Assembly (NCBI GenBank): GCA_025363435.1 | Contig: JANYDY010000042.1 | Coordinates: 5,323 to 69,322, forward strand | DNA: 64,000 nucleotides | Direction: 5' to 3' | Source of the DNA: Betaproteobacteria bacterium | GTDB lineage: Bacteria > Pseudomonadota > Gammaproteobacteria > Burkholderiales > SG8-41 | In this document: positions 58,573 through 64,000 of the stretch, piece after piece | How the letters are laid out: each line of letters begins with the position of its first letter | Numbering within the stretch: the stretch's first letter is position 1 | The notes under the pieces: generated by a model | The model's database searches: none | Seen by the model: only the letters and a program-made list of their open reading frames with translations | Told to the model about the DNA's origin: nothing | Translations under genes and position numbers: made by a program

Positions 58573-58582
58573 ACGTCGAACG

Positions 58583-59716
58583 TTAAGGCTTCTCTTTCGG
58601 CCGACTCATCAACCCGCCCACCCCCATCATCACGCCGTTGATGATGAACACCGCCGTCAATCCCGTAAACGACGCCACCACGCCGAACAACGCCGGCCCC
58701 GCTACCCGCATCGTATTGTTAACCGTGAGACGTAAACCCAGCGTTTCGCCGGTGCGGCCTTCAGCGCATTTGGCAAACATCAGCATGGTGGTGAGTGGTT
58801 GACCGCAGCCCATGCCGAGCCCGAATATAAAAGACACCAGCGAAAGCAATACCACGTTGTTGGACGCCGGTATCAACACGAAGCCGAGTGCGCCGATAAA
58901 AAACGAATAGGTCAGCAGACGCTGTTCGGTAAAACGCGCGACTAGCCCTGCCATGCCGAAGCGCACGCAAAAGGCTGCCGAGGCGAACACCGCCAGCACC
59001 GAACCGATGGCGCTGGCCGACATGCCGGCGTTGTGACCGTAGATCGGCATATAGAACTGAAACAGATCGGTGCCGAGCTGCATGATGCCGCTGGTGATCA
59101 GCATGCTGCGCATTTCGCGGTCAGACAGCGTTTCCATGATGTGCAGCCTGGGCGCGGTTGAGCACTGCCCTCGCGGCAGACTGCGCCCCTTGGTGAACAT
59201 CAGTATCAACGCAAATATCGACAACGAGGCGATGAACAGGCAGGCCATGGCGTGACTGGTGTGATCGACGGCGAGCCCGCCGAACAAAGGGCCGCAGAAA
59301 TTGGTGGCGGCGCCGACCAGACTGAAATTGGAAAAATTACGCACGCGCTGTGCGGGCGTACTCAAGCGCCCGACCAGAGTTTGCAGATTGACGTGATAGA
59401 GCGACAACGCCAGCCCGGACATTGCAGCGGCTATATACAGCGCCGCCACGTGATGCCAGAAGTACGGCAGCATCAAGCCGAGCCCGCTGACAACGGCGCT
59501 GGCGATCAGCGGTTTGCGCGGGCCGACGCGGTCGGACATCGCTCCCATCGGCCAAGACAGCAACAAGGGAAAAATAAAAAACATGGCGGCGAGCAGACCG
59601 ACCGCCGAAGCATCCGCGCCCAGTTGCAGCGCGTAGAGCGACAACACGACCCGCGATGCGGTCATCGCGGTAAAACTTAAAAAACCGACGGCGAATGTCA
59701 GATGCAGCGGATTCAA
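58583..59716 (-). CDS. MFS transporter
   Basis: 377-aa 12-TM-type hydrophobic protein with the MFS loop motif GAMSDRVGPRKP. Confidence 0.85.
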   Translation of the reverse strand: MNPLHLTFAVGFLSFTAMTASRVVLSLYALQLGADASAVGLLAAMFFIFPLLLSWPMGAMSDRVGPRKPLIASAVVSGLGLMLPYFWHHVAALYIAAAMSGLALSLYHVNLQTLVGRLSTPAQRVRNFSNFSLVGAATNFCGPLFGGLAVDHTSHAMACLFIASLSIFALILMFTKGRSLPRGQCSTAPRLHIMETLSDREMRSMLITSGIMQLGTDLFQFYMPIYGHNAGMSASAIGSVLAVFASAAFCVRFGMAGLVARFTEQRLLTYSFFIGALGFVLIPASNNVVLLSLVSFIFGLGMGCGQPLTTMLMFAKCAEGRTGETLGLRLTVNNTMRVAGPALFGVVASFTGLTAVFIINGVMMGVGGLMSRPKEKP

Positions 59717-59734
59717 CGCGTCAACGCCTCCGTA

Positions 59735-60784
59735 TCACAACAGTACGTTGATCAGAGGTTCGCCTGCCGACAGCGTGCCGATTTCGCAGGCAGCCGAAAA
59801 TCCATCGGCCTTGAATATTTCAAGCACCTTGGGCGCAGTGGCACGATCGCAGGCCACCATCAAACCGCCGCTGGTCTGCGGATCGCACAGCAACCTGCGC
59901 TGCCATTCGGGGAAACCCTCAGGTAATCTGATATGCGGACTGATGCCGGTCCAGTTGCGCTCGGAGGCGCCGGTCACATAACCGGCCTCTGCCAGATGCA
60001 AGGCCGCCGACAACACCGGTATATCGGCATAGCGCAAGTCGGCGCGCAATTTCGAACCGCGGCAGATTTCGTGCAGATGGCCGAGCACGCCGAAGCCGGT
60101 GACGTCGGTCATCGCATGTACGCCGGGCAAAGCCGAAAGTGCGATGCCTGGTGTGTTGAGTTTTGTCGTCGTCTCGATCATCTGCTGATAAGCCTTGTCG
60201 CGCAATTCGCCCTTTTTCAGCGCGGCGCTCATTACGCCGACGCCTATGCCCTTGCCGAGGATCAATACGTCGCCCGCCTGCGCACGGTCGTTGCGCTTGA
60301 TGCGCGCCGGTTGCACAAGGCCGATCGCAACGAGGCCGTAGAGCGGCTCCGGGTTGTCGATCGAATGCCCGCCGGCAATCGGAATACCCGCCGCTTTGCA
60401 CACTGCTTCGCCGCCGGCGAGAATTTGCGCCGCCGCTTCAACCGGCAACTTGCCCAACGGCATGCCGAGCAAAGCCAGCGCGAAAATAGGCGTGCCGCCC
60501 ATCGCGTAGACATCCGAGATCGCATTGGTCGCGGCGATGCGTCCGAAATCGAACGGATCGTCGACGATCGGCAAAAAGAAATCCGTCGTTGCAACGATCG
60601 CCTGTTCATCATTAATGCGATAAACAGCCGCGTCGTCGCTCGACTCGGTGCCGACGAGCAGATTCGGATACGCTTTCGCCAGCGGCGATTTCGACAGCAA
60701 TTCCCCCAGCAACGCTGGCGGTAATTTGCAGCCTCATCCGCCGCCGTGTGAAAATGCGGTCAGTTTGATTTTTTGTTGGTCCAT
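59735..60784 (-). CDS. selD: selenide, water dikinase SelD with in-frame UGA (putative selenocysteine 17)
   Basis: ORF track starts at internal TTG 60712. Extending upstream in the same frame gives ATG 60784: MDQQKIKLTAFSHGGG-TGA(60736-60734)-GCKLPPALLGELL... E. coli SelD has SHGAGCGCK with catalytic Cys17 at this column. The rest is SelD throughout (DDAAVY, TTDFF.PIVDDPFDFGRIAATNAISDVYAMGG, MTDVTGFG). Confidence 0.85.
60703..60721 (-). other. candidate SECIS-like hairpin downstream of the selD UGA
   Basis: mRNA CCGCCAGC-GUU-GCUGGGGG starts 12 nt after UGA. Stem CCAGC/GCUGG plus CC/GG across a G.G mismatch, with G and U in the apical loop. Confidence 0.4.
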
Positions 60785-60817
60785 GGGTTGAGCTGGTTGA
60801 TTCATTGAGGTTTTTCA

Positions 60818-61867
60818 TTGCGCAACAACGAGCCGGTAAACGTAGCACAACTCGCCGAGTTTGACGAGGTTATTGACGTTCGTTCCGAGGCGGAATTCGC
60901 CGAAGACCACATTCCCGGTGCGATTAATTGCCCGGTGCTCGACAACGAAGAACGCATACGCGTCGGCACCATGTATAAGCAGGTCTCGCCGTTCGAAGCA
61001 AAAAAAGTCGGCGCCGCACTGGTCAGCCGCAACATTGCGCGCCATCTCGAAGAAAATCTGTCGCAGCGTCCGCGCAACTGGAAGCCGCTGATCTATTGCT
61101 GGCGCGGCGGCACGCGCAGCGGCGCGCTCTCCAGCGTGCTGCAACAGATCGGCTGGCGCGCCAACCGGCTTGAAGGCGGCTACAAAACCTATCGCCGCGC
61201 GGTGATCGACGATCTGGCCGTGCTGCCGCAGCGTTTCAACTGGCGCGTGATTTGCGGTCTCACCGGCTCGGGCAAAAGCCGCCTGCTGCGCGCGCTGGCT
61301 AAAGCCGGTGCACAGGTGCTCGATCTCGAAGCGCTCGCCGCCCATCGCGGCTCGGTGCTCGGCAATCTGCCCGACGAACCGCAACCGTCACAAAAAATGT
61401 TTGAAAGTCTGGTTTGGCATGCGCTGCATCACCTCGACGCCGCCCGACCGGTGTTCGTCGAATCCGAAAGCAAAAAGATCGGCAATCTGCGCACGCCCGA
61501 AGCGTTGATAGAGACGATGTGGGCGAGCGACTGCATACGGCTCGAAGCAGCGACACTTTTGCGCGTGCCCATGCTGATCCAGGAATACGATCACTTCATA
61601 CGTGATCCGGCGGCACTTGGCGCGCAGCTCGACTGCCTGGTGACTCTGCACGGCCACGAACGCATCAACACATGGAAAGCCATGTCGGTTGCGGGCGACG
61701 ACAACACGCTGGTGCGCAAATTATTGGAACTGCACTACGACCCCGCCTACACGCGCTCCATCCTCGACCACTACCCGCGCCTCATGCAGGGTTTGCAGCT
61801 TACGGTTGAAGCGGATAGCGACAGCACATTCGAAGCGCTTGCAGCGCGCTGCATCGCCGGCGTCTGA
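60818..61867 (+). CDS. selU: tRNA 2-selenouridine synthase (SelU/MnmH/YbbB)
   Basis: N-terminal rhodanese domain (VIDVRSEAEFAEDHIPGAINCP...YCWRGGTRS) and a P-loop domain (CGLTGSGKS). TTG start at 60818 with GAGG 7 nt upstream. Confidence 0.85.
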   Translation: MRNNEPVNVAQLAEFDEVIDVRSEAEFAEDHIPGAINCPVLDNEERIRVGTMYKQVSPFEAKKVGAALVSRNIARHLEENLSQRPRNWKPLIYCWRGGTRSGALSSVLQQIGWRANRLEGGYKTYRRAVIDDLAVLPQRFNWRVICGLTGSGKSRLLRALAKAGAQVLDLEALAAHRGSVLGNLPDEPQPSQKMFESLVWHALHHLDAARPVFVESESKKIGNLRTPEALIETMWASDCIRLEAATLLRVPMLIQEYDHFIRDPAALGAQLDCLVTLHGHERINTWKAMSVAGDDNTLVRKLLELHYDPAYTRSILDHYPRLMQGLQLTVEADSDSTFEALAARCIAGV

Positions 61868-61879
61868 ACGCCCGCGCCG

Positions 61880-62179
61880 CTATTTACCGCCGGCGCAGAT
61901 TTCGTCGCTGCGCGTCTTCGCAAACTGAAAATGATTGAAGCTGTGCGCGTTCATGGTTTCTTCGTCGTCGCGCACCATGTACGGCGTTTCTGCTGCTCCA
62001 CGGTAGCGTTCGAGCAGTTGCGCCGCCGTCATGCCATTCGTATACAAGCGCTGCAACAGCGCATCCACCTGCTGTTTGGCGGCGGCAATGGCTTCATCAA
62101 GGCGCTCGTATTCGCCGACCTGGCGCACGCTGCTGGTGGCGTCAGCGCTGCGGTGCAAAACCGACAATATATATTTCAT
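61880..62179 (-). CDS. hypothetical small protein (99 aa)
   Basis: Internal ATG 62179 of ORF 61880..62563 with a GGAG RBS. MKYILSVLHRSADATSSVRQVGEYERLDEAIAAAKQQVDALLQRLY... No family recognised. The upstream part of the ORF overlaps the cyclase promoter region and gene and looks non-coding. Confidence 0.45.
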   Translation of the reverse strand: MKYILSVLHRSADATSSVRQVGEYERLDEAIAAAKQQVDALLQRLYTNGMTAAQLLERYRGAAETPYMVRDDEETMNAHSFNHFQFAKTRSDEICAGGK

Positions 62180-62381
62180 CAATGCTCCGCGGAACCCGCT
62201 GCAATAAAGGCTCCAATTGATATAGATTAAGAATGCGTCGGGCAGGTTCTGTAAAATCATGTTCCATCTTCCGGATATTTGCAATGCGGCGCCGGAACAT
62301 GGCATTGTCGAAATTATATGCGACGTGCCGGATGTTGTAAGGTAGTCGCGCCACCAACAGGGGCCCGGGGATTTTTGCAAC

Positions 62382-63299
62382 ATGACCAATGAACGTATCA
62401 TGCTCGCTGTGCTGTTCGCCGACGTCAGCGACAGTACGCGCTTGTACGAGCAGATGGGCGATACCGGCGCCTTCGGCCTGATCAAGGATTGCATGGAGAC
62501 GCTGACCGAAGTCACCGGCAAGTTCGGCGGCTGGGTGGTCAAAACCATCGGCGACGGCATCATGTGCGCGTTTCAGGGCGCCGATTCGGCGGCGCTGGCG
62601 GCCTGCGAAATGCAGATGCGCATGGCGCAACGTCCGGCGCAGCGCGACAAGGTGACGCTCGCCATCCGCATCGGTTTTCACTGCGGTTATGTGCTGCGCG
62701 AAGGGCGCGAGGTTTTCGGCGACACCGTCAACATCGCCGCCAGTATCGCCTCGCTGGCAACCGCCAGCCATATCGCCATCACCGCGGCGACCGCTGCGCA
62801 GCTGTCGCCGGATCTGAATTTTCGCGTGCGCAAGCTCACCGCCATGCCGGTCAAGGGCAAGCAGCAGATTATTGATGTGCACGAAATCGCCTGGCAGGAC
62901 AGCGGCACAGACACCTTTGTCTCCGGACGCAGCAGCGGCACGCTTGCCGATCTGGTCGAACCGCGTTTGACCATTGATTACCGGCAAAGGAAGTTCATTT
63001 TCCGCGAATCGCTGAAACTCGGCCGCGACGAAACCAACGATCTAGTGATCGATGAAGCAATGGCGTCGCGCCACCACGCGCGCATCGAGAAACGCAAAGA
63101 TCATTTTGTACTCATCGACCAGAGCACCAACGGCACCTATGTCACCATCAGCGGCCGCCATGAAATTGCGCTGCGCCGTTCCGAGTTCGTGCTCTACGGC
63201 AGCGGCCAGATTGCCTTCGGCGATTCGCCCGCCTTGCGGCCCGACGTTACCGTGATCAGGTTCACCTGCGAGACACCGGGCCAGTCAGAGCCAGCCTGA
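62382..63299 (+). CDS. class III adenylate/guanylate cyclase domain fused to a C-terminal FHA domain
   Basis: Cyclase motifs VLFADVSDSTRLYE, KTIGDGIMCAF and FGDTVNIAASIAS. FHA motifs LGRDETNDLVI...SRHHARIE...LIDQSTNGTYV. Confidence 0.85.
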   Translation: MTNERIMLAVLFADVSDSTRLYEQMGDTGAFGLIKDCMETLTEVTGKFGGWVVKTIGDGIMCAFQGADSAALAACEMQMRMAQRPAQRDKVTLAIRIGFHCGYVLREGREVFGDTVNIAASIASLATASHIAITAATAAQLSPDLNFRVRKLTAMPVKGKQQIIDVHEIAWQDSGTDTFVSGRSSGTLADLVEPRLTIDYRQRKFIFRESLKLGRDETNDLVIDEAMASRHHARIEKRKDHFVLIDQSTNGTYVTISGRHEIALRRSEFVLYGSGQIAFGDSPALRPDVTVIRFTCETPGQSEPA

Positions 63300-63350
63300 T
63301 TGCCATCGCGCGGCAACGCGGAGGCAGCGGCTGGTATACTCTCTTCCCAT

Positions 63351-64000
63351 TTGAACGGTTCCCCGCCCATTTCAACGCCATCGACTGAGCGCGCCCTGCG
63401 CGGCTGGTGGTTCATAGTCTTCGCTGCACTGCTCATCTGGTGCGCCAATCTCGACTACCGCAAGCTGGCGTTGTCTGACGAAGGCCGCTATTCAGAAATT
63501 CCGCGCATCATGGCGCAGTCAGGCGATTGGGTGACGCCGCGCCTGAACGGCATCAAGTATTTCGAAAAACCGCCGCTGCAATACTGGACCACGGCCGCCG
63601 CCTACAAAGTATTCGGCGAACACGAATGGACGGCGCGCATCTGGCCGGCAGTCACCGGTTTTGCCGGACTGCTGCTGATTTTCGTCGCCGGTGCGCGCCT
63701 CTATGGCGCCGCGGCCGGTTTCTACGCTGCATTGGTGCTCGGCAGCAGCTTGCTCTATTCAGGCATGGCGCACATCCTGACGCTCGACATGGGTCTCGCC
63801 TTTTTCATGGCGATGGCGATGGTCGGCGTGCTGCTCGGCCTTGATGCGCGCAGTTCTGCCGTTACACAGCGGCGCTGGATGCATGTTGCGGCGACCGGCT
63901 GCGCGCTGGCGGTTTTAAGCAAAGGCCTCGTTGGCATTGTGCTGCCCGGCACGGCGGTCGTTTTGTATATGCTGATCAAGCGCGATTTCGGCCTGCTGCG
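63351..64000 (+). CDS. GT39/GT83-type (ArnT/PMT-like) membrane glycosyltransferase, N-terminal part; continues beyond window end
   Basis: Open frame with no stop in the window (hence not in the ORF track): ...WWFIVFAALLIWCANLDYRKLALSDEGRYSEIPRIMAQSGDWVTPRLNGIKYFEKPPLQYW... is the characteristic ArnT-like first loop. Start uncertain (TTG 63351 or TTG 63300). Confidence 0.75.
   Translation, partial: MNGSPPISTPSTERALRGWWFIVFAALLIWCANLDYRKLALSDEGRYSEIPRIMAQSGDWVTPRLNGIKYFEKPPLQYWTTAAAYKVFGEHEWTARIWPAVTGFAGLLLIFVAGARLYGAAAGFYAALVLGSSLLYSGMAHILTLDMGLAFFMAMAMVGVLLGLDARSSAVTQRRWMHVAATGCALAVLSKGLVGIVLPGTAVVLYMLIKRDFGLL

Noticed and set aside
62142-62987. 281-aa minus-strand ORF
   Set aside because: Antisense to the cyclase-FHA gene. 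It has no motifs and would overlap the better-supported 99-aa gene out of frame.
1-64000. CRISPR arrays, tRNA/rRNA genes, transposases, integrases, phage or toxin-antitoxin/defence modules
   Set aside because: Intergenic gaps are short (mostly under 200 bp) and contain no spaced direct repeats or tRNA-like structures that I could see. Every long ORF is accounted for by metabolic, transport or signalling families. rmuC here looks like the ordinary housekeeping gene.

Overview
A densely packed, GC-rich chromosomal segment that looks betaproteobacterial (Burkholderiales-like). That assignment is inferred from two Bug/TctC-type receptors, gene content and a REP-like palindrome. I see no rRNA, tRNA, CRISPR array, transposase or integrase.

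Gene content, in order:
- 1-8.5 kb: a tripartite-tricarboxylate-transporter (TctAB plus Bug receptor) cluster with uncharacterised catabolic enzymes.
- 8.7-21 kb: housekeeping genes (FAD oxidoreductase, msrB, yciB, bolA-like, ppiC-type isomerase, purL, nnr, crcB) and an AtuA/DUF4387 pair.
- 21-49 kb: a large molybdenum/tungsten, formate dehydrogenase and cytochrome c maturation supercluster. It holds modABC, a ModE N-domain-only regulator, moaDE, mobB, tupABC-like genes, moeA and a split ccmABCD / ccmEFGHI. It also holds a periplasmic Cys-type formate dehydrogenase operon with a polyferredoxin, DUF3305, DUF3306, a TorD-like chaperone and three small exported proteins, followed by moaA, fdhD and mobA.
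- 49-64 kb: glk, a PAS-GGDEF-EAL protein, mtfA, rmuC, ybbA/ybbP/tesA, an AT-richer MOSC-gene islet, an MFS transporter, selD/selU, a cyclase-FHA protein and a partial GT39 glycosyltransferase.

Main observations:
- selD has an in-frame TGA at the catalytic Cys/Sec codon, so the ORF track truncates a likely selenoprotein.
- ccmD (50 aa) is missing from the ORF track.
- The ccm system looks split by an inversion.
- A good ModE-type operator lies upstream of modA.
- mtfA carries a perfect 20-bp tandem duplication that rewrites its C-terminus.
- A nested TTGGCA/TGCCAA dyad lies upstream of the MOSC gene.

I found no convincing wholly novel multi-gene system. The best candidates for unknown biology are the formate dehydrogenase accessory genes and the transporter-linked catabolic cluster.
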